A stretch of 64,000 nucleotides of DNA, taken from the NCBI GenBank assembly GCA_045114065.1, contig JBGUJU010000099.1, positions 9,579 to 73,578 on the forward strand, written 5' to 3'. The notes beneath the pieces are model-generated. The model was not told the origin of the DNA. It made no database searches and worked only from the letters and a program-made list of their open reading frames with translations. Within the stretch, counting starts at the first letter, position 1; every line of letters begins with the position of its first letter. Shown here piece by piece: positions 43,325 to 51,519 of this stretch. This DNA comes from Sodaliphilus sp. Lineage in GTDB: Bacteria; Bacteroidota; Bacteroidia; Bacteroidales; Muribaculaceae. The translations under genes and the position numbers were made by a program.

Positions 43325-45721
43325 TCAGTTAGATGATGACAACAGGATGTTGATCAGTGCCGTCACGTCATTGATGGTAATCTTGGTATCACCATTGACA
43401 TCGGCACAGGTCAGACACAGGTCATCGCCCCCGTTCAACAGGTAATAGATCAAGGTGGTCACATCATTGATCTTGAGGAAACCGTCATGATTCACGTCAC
43501 CAGCAGTGTATTCATGGGGTGTGGGAGCGTCGCCCGACAGCGTCACAGCCTCTTCATTGCTCCACTGGCTCTCGGTGCCATCGCTATAGTGGGCCTTCAC
43601 CTTGTAGAGGAAGCTGCCGCCCTCGGTCAAACCCGTCACAGTATAGAACTTATCGGTAATACCGGTAATTGTGCGCCAAGTGGCGTCGCCTTCCTCGGTA
43701 GCACGCATTTGGGGCGCGGGAACCTCACCAGCATAGATCTGCATGTTCAAGAAGGCGGGATTACCGCTCTTGGTAGCAATCGTTACCTGGTCGGTCTCGG
43801 CACAGTTAAGAACAACGACATACTGACTGAATGCTCCGTAAGCCATGGGAATCTCCTTAGAGTCAACACTCGTCGATACTGTAACAGCCGCTGTCTGATA
43901 ACTGCCCTTACCAGTAAACACTACAGTCAACTTTTCGGCATCTGCCAAGTCATAGGTCGGTGTCGAGAAACTGGCATTACCATTAATGGAGATAAAGCCG
44001 TCTTCGGCCCACAAGTCACTACCGGCAAAAGTCCAACCACTGGGGAAATACCTTGCAGCATTATCGGTCTGCGCCGAGAAGCTCTCGTTGGTATTGCTCC
44101 AGTCAACCTCCTCGAGGAGGACATAATTGGGCTTGGTGCTCACCTCAAGGGTGTAGCTCAAGACATTCTCGTCAACTGTCTCATCGGTCCAGTCGGCGCG
44201 GAAGGACGTCAGGGTGATGTAGTTCTCATTGGCGGGCAGCATCACGGGATCATAAACTACCAGCGGTGCAGGAGCTGCAGTACCGTTCAGGGTTACGACC
44301 ACGTCCTCGGCTCCAGGGCTGCTCAGGGTAACAGTAGCTTGCTGCTCACCCACAGCATTGGGATCATAGGTCACAGTGATCACCTTGCCGTCTTTGGCCT
44401 CGGCAACCGTGACAGCGGTAGCATCAAGGGCAAATACGCCATTAGCGTCATTCAGCGTCAGGGTAATGCCATCGGTGAGCAGTTTGCCCTTCACGGTGAA
44501 GGTGGCGGTCACAGGCTCACCCAGACGTGTCTGCATCGCCAGCTCAGCAGGATTCACCTTGATGGTGGGAACCACAGCAACCGACGGATGGATGTTCTTC
44601 ACGATGCGCTGACCCAGGTGATAGTTAGCACCCTGGTTGGAAAAAGCATTCATGGCAAAATGGCCATTGCCGACGCCACTCCAGCCCCAGTTGATGGAGA
44701 ACAGCCCATTGGTAGCGTCATAGCCATCAACATTGAAGGCATGACCAGAGTAGCTTTCGTAAACATTACTATAATCAAAGGCACAGAATACCATCGGACG
44801 ACCTGCCAGGAGTTCCTCAATCATCAGGTTTTTCCAATCCTCATCGTTGATATAGGTGGTCTCCTCACCGGTCTCAAAGTTCATTGTAGCCTTATAGACA
44901 GCAACAGCATCCTCATAGCCGAAGAGTTCGCAGGCCCTGACGATGTCGTCCTCCCAAGCATCACTGCCAGCCTTGTCATAGTTCATCTCCTCGGCCTGAC
45001 CGATGTAGCGCATCAGCTGGGCAACGGCATTAGCATTCGCATTATTGTAAGAACCTATCCTATAGGTGGGCAGCATGTTATCCCAATCAAAGGTCACCGA
45101 GGGTAATGCCTCGAGCGTGAATTTTCCATTTCGCGTCGTGTAACCAGGAACAACAGGGGTGGGGTCAGTAGGATACTGCCAGTAGTAGAATACCTGGGAC
45201 AGTGAGGTACAGGCACAACCGGTCAAGGCTCGGGTGTCGCCATCTCTAGGGCACTGACCATAATAGGGCGAGCCTTGGTCCCACTTGGCTTTAAGCATGG
45301 GTTCCACGGTCTGGGTGCGCTTGATGACAGGTTTCTCCACCACCAGGCCGGGATGAGCCTGCAGGTACTCCATCTGAGTCCTGTAGTAGTCCAGCCAGAA
45401 CTTCATGTTCTCGGGCATGGTGTTCAGGTCAACAGTTCCCTCACCATAGGCGAGGACTTCCTGGGCACGGTCATCACCCGACACGATGACAAAGCCGTTG
45501 TCGGTATTCACGATGTAATAAGCGACCAGTTCGGCACTATTGGTATTCCTTTCTGAGTGAACCCATTTCACACGAGGTGTGGCAGTCATGAGGCGGCCAT
45601 GGGTTGTCTTGGACATCAGGAATTGTTGGGCTTTTTCCTGGGCTGTAGCGAGATCTACTTGACGTGCGAATACAGGAATAGCAGCCAGCAGGAGTGTGGC
45701 AAGGATAAGAATCTTTTTCAT
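43325..45721 (-). CDS. C10-family cysteine peptidase paralog with double dockerin repeat (CxxC class)
   Basis: ALTGCACTSLSQVFYYW, SGHAFNVDGY, SINWGWSG. C-terminus GDVNHDGFLKINDVTTLIYYLLNGGDDLCLTCADVNGDTKITINDVTALINILL. Only 33 nt separate it from the next gene. Confidence 0.9.
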   Translation of the reverse strand: MKKILILATLLLAAIPVFARQVDLATAQEKAQQFLMSKTTHGRLMTATPRVKWVHSERNTNSAELVAYYIVNTDNGFVIVSGDDRAQEVLAYGEGTVDLNTMPENMKFWLDYYRTQMEYLQAHPGLVVEKPVIKRTQTVEPMLKAKWDQGSPYYGQCPRDGDTRALTGCACTSLSQVFYYWQYPTDPTPVVPGYTTRNGKFTLEALPSVTFDWDNMLPTYRIGSYNNANANAVAQLMRYIGQAEEMNYDKAGSDAWEDDIVRACELFGYEDAVAVYKATMNFETGEETTYINDEDWKNLMIEELLAGRPMVFCAFDYSNVYESYSGHAFNVDGYDATNGLFSINWGWSGVGNGHFAMNAFSNQGANYHLGQRIVKNIHPSVAVVPTIKVNPAELAMQTRLGEPVTATFTVKGKLLTDGITLTLNDANGVFALDATAVTVAEAKDGKVITVTYDPNAVGEQQATVTLSSPGAEDVVVTLNGTAAPAPLVVYDPVMLPANENYITLTSFRADWTDETVDENVLSYTLEVSTKPNYVLLEEVDWSNTNESFSAQTDNAARYFPSGWTFAGSDLWAEDGFISINGNASFSTPTYDLADAEKLTVVFTGKGSYQTAAVTVSTSVDSKEIPMAYGAFSQYVVVLNCAETDQVTIATKSGNPAFLNMQIYAGEVPAPQMRATEEGDATWRTITGITDKFYTVTGLTEGGSFLYKVKAHYSDGTESQWSNEEAVTLSGDAPTPHEYTAGDVNHDGFLKINDVTTLIYYLLNGGDDLCLTCADVNGDTKITINDVTALINILLSSSN

Positions 45722-45808
45722 AATCAGTCAGTTTATAGTATAGTTCAGGTTAAGGCTACGTTAAATGGTCTCCAGCACTATGATTGTGCCACATGCTAAA
45801 TAACGCGA

Positions 45809-45816
45809 CAAAGATA
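45809..45816 (-). promoter_or_regulatory. -7 box TAnnTTTG (minus strand)
   Basis: Plus-strand caaagata is tatctttg on the minus strand, ~88 nt upstream of the ATG at 45721. Confidence 0.4.
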
Positions 45817-45903
45817 AGAGAAAATTTCTGAAAACCAACGTTTTTACTAAACAAAAAGAATATAAAAACACATTTCTTACCGAAAAAGAATGATAGGCAC
45901 AAA

Positions 45904-45932
45904 CAAAAAACCGCCAATCGATTGACGGTTTT
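45904..45932 (-). terminator. Intrinsic terminator downstream of the TonB-like gene
   Basis: Stems accgccaa and ttgacggt around tcga, with a T-run on the minus strand (plus-strand aaaaaa at 45905-45910). Confidence 0.65.
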
Positions 45933-45957
45933 ATCTATGATGGAACTAAGGAATTGA

Positions 45958-46419
45958 CTACAGCCTGAAGTTGATGGGCAGCACCATGCGCACTGGCACA
46001 GCGTGGTCACCCACCTTTCCCACACTCCACTTGGGCATCTTGCCGATGACACGGATGGCTTCCTTGTTGAGGCTATCGTCTCCCGAGCCGCGGATCACGC
46101 GGACGTCGCTCACCTTGCCATCCACACCCACGATGAAGCTGCACAACACACGTCCCTGCACGCGATTCTTGTAGGCATGATAGGGATATTCGCGGGTCTT
46201 ATTGATGAAGTTGATCAGGCCTCGCTCGCCACCGGGGAACTGGGGCTGGATGTCCACGTAGTCAAATTCATAGACTTCCATGTAGGGCTGCTTGGACATG
46301 GGATTAACGGTGGTGACATGACGCACCTGCGCTGCCAGAGGCAACACAGCCAGCACGGTCATCAATGTTAATAGTCCAAAGCGTAATTTCTTATGCATAG
46401 GCCTTTTATGTATCAGCAT
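45958..46419 (-). CDS. TonB C-terminal-domain protein (energy transducer TonB-like)
   Basis: N-terminal anchor, then VDIQPQFPGGERGLINFI..YPYHAYKNRVQGRVLCSFIVGVDGKVSDVRVIRG..LNKEAIRVIGKMPKW. An alternative start is at 46398. Confidence 0.8.
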   Translation of the reverse strand: MLIHKRPMHKKLRFGLLTLMTVLAVLPLAAQVRHVTTVNPMSKQPYMEVYEFDYVDIQPQFPGGERGLINFINKTREYPYHAYKNRVQGRVLCSFIVGVDGKVSDVRVIRGSGDDSLNKEAIRVIGKMPKWSVGKVGDHAVPVRMVLPINFRL

Positions 46420-46458
46420 CAGTTAATATGGGCAGAAGGATTCCACCTTTATTTGGCG

Positions 46459-46466
46459 CAAATATA
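46459..46466 (-). promoter_or_regulatory. -7 box TAnnTTTG (minus strand)
   Basis: Plus-strand caaatata is tatatttg on the minus strand, 40-60 nt upstream of the candidate starts. Confidence 0.4.
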
Positions 46467-46604
46467 GAGTTACAAATGCAAATAGCAAAATGATTTAATT
46501 CATTTTTGCAAACAATTAGCATTGTTTCAGTCTTTTTGGCTAAAACGGACTAAATTCAAAAAAAATGTAAATTATTTCAGTTTTACACTATCAACCTATC
46601 GCCA

Positions 46605-48239
46605 TCAGAAGTCTGGAGCGCAATTAAAGGTCACAGTTTGACCGCTCTCGGGGTGGACAAAGGTGATGGATTGGGCATGTAGCATGAGACGCTGAGCAGC
46701 CTTACCGTAGAGGCGGTCTCCCACGATGGGACAGTTGAGCCCCATGGGATAGGAAGCGTGGACACGCAACTGATGGGTGCGACCCGTGAGGGGTTGAAAC
46801 TCGACACGCGTCATGCCGTCTTTACGCTCCAGCACGCGATAGCGGGTCACGGCAGGTTTGCCGTGTTCCTGGTCCACACGCTGCCGGGGGCGTTCGTCAA
46901 CATCGGGCCTGATGGGCAGGTCGATAAGTCCTGCATCCTGTGGCACGATGCCGTCGAGCAGGGCGACATAACATTTCTTGATGGTGTGGTCCTCAAATTG
47001 CTGCTGCAGGGCCTTGTGGGTATCCTTGTCCTTGGCGAGGACGATGAGCCCCGAGGTCTCCTGGTCGAGACGATGCACCACGATGGGTCCCATGGCCTCG
47101 GGATGAGCAGTTCGATAATGGGTCAGCAGGCTGTCTTCCAGCAGTTTGCCTGGCATGGTGAGCATCCCCGATGGCTTGTTGATAACGGTCAGCCACTGGT
47201 CATCATACACGACATCCAGCGCTCCTTCATCCATCGGCAGGCCTAATTGATTCTCCTCGACATCAAGGCCCTGGAGCATAAAGTCCAGGATAGGTTTGCA
47301 CTTGCTGCGACAGGCGGGATAGTAATGGCCGTGATGGCGCACCTCGCCCACGGGCGATGCGCCCCACCAGAATTCCGCCATGCACACGGGGCGCAGGCCG
47401 TTGCCATAGGCATAGTTGAGCAGACGCGGGGCGCAGCACTCCCCTGCCCCGGCGGGCGGCAGCGTGCCCAGGGGACGGAACACCTCGACCAGGTCACGGC
47501 GCTCGCCACGGGCGTTGCTCACGATAAACAGCCTGAAGATTCGCTCCTGCAGCGCCTCGCTCATCGACTTGCGGCGAGCCTTCAACTCATTGATCCGTTG
47601 AGTGAATCCAGCGATTTCATCGGTAATGGTTGCCAGTGTTGCCTCATGGCGCTGGCGGATGCGTTTCAATTCGGCTTTCTCATAGCGGCTCTGGTTCAAC
47701 AGGGCTTCTTGCTGCTCTTCAGTCAAGTTGCCGGCAGCACGGCACTTGTCACGTTCGCGCTTGTGCTGCGCCATCAACGCCTTGAAACGGTCAATTTCTT
47801 CAGACATGGCGTGCCGCTCGCGTGACTCGCGAAGTCTCATCTCCTGCAGTTCGGCAGACTGTTCCAGCCGCGCCACCTCGTGGTTGATGGCGGTAATCTG
47901 TGCCTCGCCCTGCTTGAACTCGCCCTGCGGGTCAAGCAGATCATAGACCGGCGGCACAAAGTAGTCATGCCTGACACTGCCCGCCAGGTTGCCCGAGAAC
48001 GCGGCAAGGTAGCCCAACCGGCCCTCGCCGTCCTGTGCCACCAGCACGCCGAGCATCTTGCCGGCGCCCAACTCATCGGCCCAGTCAGTGCGCGAGGCAA
48101 CATAACGCTGCACCTGCTCTACAGCCCTCACCGCCAACGGGTGCGGCTCATAGCAGAAGGGGCAGGTGAACTGCTGCGGTAGCTGTAGGGCTCCCGCATC
48201 AACGTCAAGAAGATGGAACTTTTCAGTCATCAAGTGCAA
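46605..48239 (-). CDS. RluA-family pseudouridine synthase fused to a ~330-aa N-terminal coiled-coil/Cys-containing domain
   Basis: The C-terminal half carries HRLDQETSGLIVLAKD and RTHQLRVH. The N-terminal half has no family I can name. Confidence 0.85.
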   Translation of the reverse strand: MHLMTEKFHLLDVDAGALQLPQQFTCPFCYEPHPLAVRAVEQVQRYVASRTDWADELGAGKMLGVLVAQDGEGRLGYLAAFSGNLAGSVRHDYFVPPVYDLLDPQGEFKQGEAQITAINHEVARLEQSAELQEMRLRESRERHAMSEEIDRFKALMAQHKRERDKCRAAGNLTEEQQEALLNQSRYEKAELKRIRQRHEATLATITDEIAGFTQRINELKARRKSMSEALQERIFRLFIVSNARGERRDLVEVFRPLGTLPPAGAGECCAPRLLNYAYGNGLRPVCMAEFWWGASPVGEVRHHGHYYPACRSKCKPILDFMLQGLDVEENQLGLPMDEGALDVVYDDQWLTVINKPSGMLTMPGKLLEDSLLTHYRTAHPEAMGPIVVHRLDQETSGLIVLAKDKDTHKALQQQFEDHTIKKCYVALLDGIVPQDAGLIDLPIRPDVDERPRQRVDQEHGKPAVTRYRVLERKDGMTRVEFQPLTGRTHQLRVHASYPMGLNCPIVGDRLYGKAAQRLMLHAQSITFVHPESGQTVTFNCAPDF

Positions 48240-48278
48240 AATTAGTGCTTTTTATTTTCAAGATTACGCTTTTCACAC

Positions 48279-48286
48279 TATATTTG
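48279..48286 (+). promoter_or_regulatory. -7 box TAnnTTTG
   Basis: tatatttg lies 15 nt upstream of the ATG at 48302. Confidence 0.45.
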
Positions 48287-48301
48287 CAATTTAATAACTT
48301 T

Positions 48302-48481
48302 ATGAATCTGCCACAAGACCCATACATGAAGTCACAGTATGTGAACATGATGCTCAAGGCTAATGGAATGGACCTGAGCACCTTCTGCATCAGTGCCAAC
48401 ATCAATATGATCGAACTGCAATACGAACTGGGCAGAGCAGGTATCGTATATGACCCGACGACTAGACAATTCAGAACCTAA
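48302..48481 (+). CDS. Small DUF4250-like protein (59 aa)
   Basis: MNLPQDPYMKSQYVNMMLKANGMDLSTFCISANINMIELQYELGRAGIVYDP matches my memory of this conserved small family. The start is set by the -7 box. Confidence 0.6.
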   Translation: MNLPQDPYMKSQYVNMMLKANGMDLSTFCISANINMIELQYELGRAGIVYDPTTRQFRT

Positions 48482-48491
48482 ATAAATAACA

Positions 48492-49247
48492 ATGAAGTTT
48501 ATATCGTGGAACGTGAACGGCTTGAGGGCCGTGGTAGGCAAGGGCTTTGACGAGATATTCAAGGCGTTGGACGCCGATTTCTTCTGCCTGCAAGAGACCA
48601 AGATGCAGGCGGGGCAACTCGACCTGGAGTTTGACGGCTACCGTTCCTATTGGAACTATGCTGATAAGAAAGGCTACTCGGGAACAGCGATTTACAGCCG
48701 CCACGAGCCCCTGAGTGTCACCTACGGTATCGGCATCGACGAGCACGACCACGAGGGTCGTGTCATCACTCTGGAGATGCCTGACTTTTACCTCGTGACC
48801 TGCTACACGCCCAACAGCCAGGACGGCCTGCGTCGGCTGGACTACCGCATGACATGGGAGGACGCCTTCCGCGCCTACCTGCTGGAGCTGGACAAGAAAA
48901 AACCTGTCATCGTGTGTGGCGACCTCAACGTGGCGCACCAGGAAATCGACCTCAAGAATCCCAAGACCAACCGCAAGAATGCCGGATTCACCGACGAGGA
49001 GCGCGAGAAGATGACCGTGCTGCTCGGCTCGGGTTTCACCGACACCTGGCGCTTCTTCAACCCCGATGTGGCCGACGTGTACTCGTGGTGGAGTTACCGC
49101 TTCAAGGCGCGCGAGAAGAACGCTGGCTGGCGCATCGACTACTTCCTCGTGAGCAACCGCCTGCAAGAGCAGCTGACCGATGCCAAGATCCACACCAGCA
49201 TCTACGGCAGCGACCACTGCCCCGTCGAGCTAGACCTCAAGGACTAG
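48492..49247 (+). CDS. xth: Exodeoxyribonuclease III
   Basis: [13 protein letters not shown].., [26 protein letters not shown]. Confidence 0.95.
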   Translation: MKFISWNVNGLRAVVGKGFDEIFKALDADFFCLQETKMQAGQLDLEFDGYRSYWNYADKKGYSGTAIYSRHEPLSVTYGIGIDEHDHEGRVITLEMPDFYLVTCYTPNSQDGLRRLDYRMTWEDAFRAYLLELDKKKPVIVCGDLNVAHQEIDLKNPKTNRKNAGFTDEEREKMTVLLGSGFTDTWRFFNPDVADVYSWWSYRFKAREKNAGWRIDYFLVSNRLQEQLTDAKIHTSIYGSDHCPVELDLKD

Positions 49248-49308
49248 AAAAGTTCACCGTCAAGGATTAGAAAAGGTTCACCGTCAAGAATCAGAAAAGG
49301 TTCACCGT
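49238..49308. repeat. Tandem repeat, 3 x ~24 bp, beginning inside the last codons of xth
   Basis: caaggactagaaaagttcaccgt / caaggattagaaaaggttcaccgt / caagaatcagaaaaggttcaccgt. Confidence 0.9.
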
Positions 49309-49327
49309 GCTGTGACTTTGTCACAGC
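49309..49327 (+). other. Tight hairpin (8-bp stem, 3-nt loop) 17 nt upstream of the next start codon
   Basis: gctgtgac ttt gtcacagc. Confidence 0.7.
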
Positions 49328-49343
49328 CCATAACAATAAAATC

Positions 49344-50540
49344 ATGTCACAGACAATACAGAAAAAATATGACTTTGACCGCGTGGTAAGGATGGTGTTG
49401 ACCGTTCTCACCGTGGGCGTGGGAGTGTGGCTCGTCAATTATCTGAGCCCCGTGTTGATGCCCTTTGTCGTGGGTTTCATCCTTGCCTATATCATCGACC
49501 CGCTCGTGGAGTGGCTACAACTCAAGGGGCGCATCAAGTCGCGTGGCATTGCCGTCGTGATTGCCCTCATCATCGTCATCGCCGTGATCGTTGGCCTGTG
49601 CTGGCTCATCATCCCTTACCTGATCGAAGAGTTCTCGGTGATGTCCAAGCAACTTGCTGCCTATGCCAAGTCATCCCTTAACGTGCCCTACATTCCTGCC
49701 GAGGTCAACGACTTCATCCAGCGCTACATCGACCTGGAAAAGATCAACGAGATATTTTCCAAGCAACAATGGATGGACCTCATCAACAAGGCTGTTTCGG
49801 GAGCCTGGTCAGTTGTCGGTGGCACGATGAGCATCATCTTCAACATCGTGTCGTGGTTTATCGTTCTGCTGTACATGTTCTTCATCCTGCTGGACTTCAA
49901 TAAGTTGTCTCGCGCCTTCAAGGCAGCCATCCCTACCCGTTATCGCCGCATGGCACTGCGCATCTTCGGCGACGTGGCCGACACGATGAGCCGCTACTTC
50001 CGCGGGCAAGCCGCCGTATCATTCTTTGTCGGCGTGATTTTCGCCATCGAGTTCTACATCATCGGGCTGCCCATGGCGATTGCCTTCGGTCTGTTTGTGG
50101 GCCTGCTCAACATGGTACCCTATCTGCAACTGATTTCTATCCCCATCGCCGCCTTCCTGTGCTTGGTGGCAACCGCTTCCACAGGAGGCAGCTTCTGGGT
50201 GATGTTCGGCTGGGTCATCCTCGCCTACATCATCTGCCAGGTCATTCAGGATATGGTACTCATCCCCACCATCATGAAGAATCAGATGGGCCTGAATCCC
50301 GCTATCATCTTCCTGTCCCTCTCCTTGTGGGTATATGTGATGGGCTTTATCGGACTCATCATCGGATTGCCATTGACGACGCTCATCATTTCCTACTACT
50401 GTGAGTTTGTGCTGCATCAACCCAACCCATTGCACAAATCCAAGAAAAAGAAGGAAATACCGAATATTCCCAAGCCTTTGGGCATGACATCATCTTTCCT
50501 CAGGAAATACCACAACGAGGGGAAAAACGACAAGTCATGA
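49344..50540 (+). CDS. AI-2E family transporter (PerM-like permease)
   Basis: ~8 TM helices and a conserved central region (RYFRGQAAVSFFVGVIFAIEFYIIGLPMAIAFGLFVGLLNMVPYL). Confidence 0.85.
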   Translation: MSQTIQKKYDFDRVVRMVLTVLTVGVGVWLVNYLSPVLMPFVVGFILAYIIDPLVEWLQLKGRIKSRGIAVVIALIIVIAVIVGLCWLIIPYLIEEFSVMSKQLAAYAKSSLNVPYIPAEVNDFIQRYIDLEKINEIFSKQQWMDLINKAVSGAWSVVGGTMSIIFNIVSWFIVLLYMFFILLDFNKLSRAFKAAIPTRYRRMALRIFGDVADTMSRYFRGQAAVSFFVGVIFAIEFYIIGLPMAIAFGLFVGLLNMVPYLQLISIPIAAFLCLVATASTGGSFWVMFGWVILAYIICQVIQDMVLIPTIMKNQMGLNPAIIFLSLSLWVYVMGFIGLIIGLPLTTLIISYYCEFVLHQPNPLHKSKKKKEIPNIPKPLGMTSSFLRKYHNEGKNDKS

Positions 50541-50548
50541 ATGAGGTG

Positions 50549-50621
50549 TTAGGTATTAGGTACTAGGTGGCATCCGCTCCCTAAAACCTAAAACCTAAAG
50601 CCTAAAACCTAAAACCTAATG
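50549..50621. repeat. Opposed 7-bp-period arrays: 3 x TTAGGTA-type, then 6 x CCTAAAA-type running into the miaA start codon
   Basis: ttaggta ttaggta ctaggtg (50549-50569). cctaaaa x2, cctaaag, cctaaaa x2, cctaATG (50580-50621). Confidence 0.9.
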
Positions 50622-51509
50622 GACAAAACCTTGATTGTCATCACGGGACCCACGGGAGTGGGCAAGACTGCTGCATCCATCGAACTGGCGCAGCGGTTGC
50701 AGTGTGACATCATCAATGCCGACTCGCGCCAGATCTATCGCGGCATCCCCATCTGCACCGCAGCCCCCACACCCGAGGAACTCGCGGCGGCGTGCCATCA
50801 CTTTGTCGCCTTCAAGGACCTGCAAGAGAGCTACAGCGCGGCGCAATTCGAGACCGATGTGATGGCTCTGTTGCCCACCCTGTGGCAGCAGGGCGACTGC
50901 GTGGTGATGTGCGGCGGCTCGATGCTCTATGTCGACGCCGTGTGCCGCGGCATCGACCAGTTGCCCGACATCAGCCCCGAGGTGCGCTCGGCCGTCAAAG
51001 AAAAACTGCAACGTGAGGGACTGGAGGGTCTTATGGCAGAACTAGAGCAGCTTGACCCCGAGTATGCCGCGACAATCGACCGCAAGAACACCAGCCGGGT
51101 GTGCCACGGTGTGGAAATCTGCCGACAGGCGGGCGTGCCCTACTCCACCCTGCGCACCGGCACCGCCAAGCAGCGCGACTTCCGCATCATCAAGTTAGCG
51201 CTCAACATCGAGCGAGACCAGCTGTTTGCACGCATCAACACCCGCGTGGACCGCATGATTGAGAGCGGATTGGAACAGGAGGCCCGCTCAGTCTATCACC
51301 TGCGCCACCTCAACTCGCTCAACACGGTGGGCATGAAGGAAATGTTCGCCATCTTTGACGGCACGATGGACCGCCACACCGCCATCGAGCGCATGAAGAA
51401 GAACACCCGCGTCTATGCCAAGAAACAGCTCACCTGGTACCGTCGCGACCCCGACATCACCTGGGTCACCCCCGACGACGCCGTCACCACCGCCCTCCAC
51501 TTGCTCTAA
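50619..51509 (+). CDS. miaA: tRNA dimethylallyltransferase
   Basis: VITGPTGVGKTAASIELA.., IINADSRQIYRGIPICTAAPT. Confidence 0.95.
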   Translation: MDKTLIVITGPTGVGKTAASIELAQRLQCDIINADSRQIYRGIPICTAAPTPEELAAACHHFVAFKDLQESYSAAQFETDVMALLPTLWQQGDCVVMCGGSMLYVDAVCRGIDQLPDISPEVRSAVKEKLQREGLEGLMAELEQLDPEYAATIDRKNTSRVCHGVEICRQAGVPYSTLRTGTAKQRDFRIIKLALNIERDQLFARINTRVDRMIESGLEQEARSVYHLRHLNSLNTVGMKEMFAIFDGTMDRHTAIERMKKNTRVYAKKQLTWYRRDPDITWVTPDDAVTTALHLL

Positions 51510-51519
51510 TACATCATCA

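Noticed and set aside
36945-45106. Very long antisense ORFs inside the C10 genes (36945-38156, 39185-40516, 41306-42325, 43487-45106). Similar ones occur opposite other genes (965-1873, 23206-24489, 48471-49217, 53183-54070, 57766-58836, 61446-62225).
   Set aside because: Each lies wholly inside a confidently identified gene on the other strand. The translations are low-complexity (rich in G/R/H/V/I/A) with no recognisable motifs. Such shadow ORFs are expected opposite GC3-rich coding sequence.
45756-46052. 98-aa minus-strand ORF overlapping the 3' end of the TonB-like gene and its terminator.
   Set aside because: It is out of frame with the well-supported TonB C-terminal domain ORF and runs through the terminator hairpin. 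It has Cys/Phe-rich low-complexity translation.
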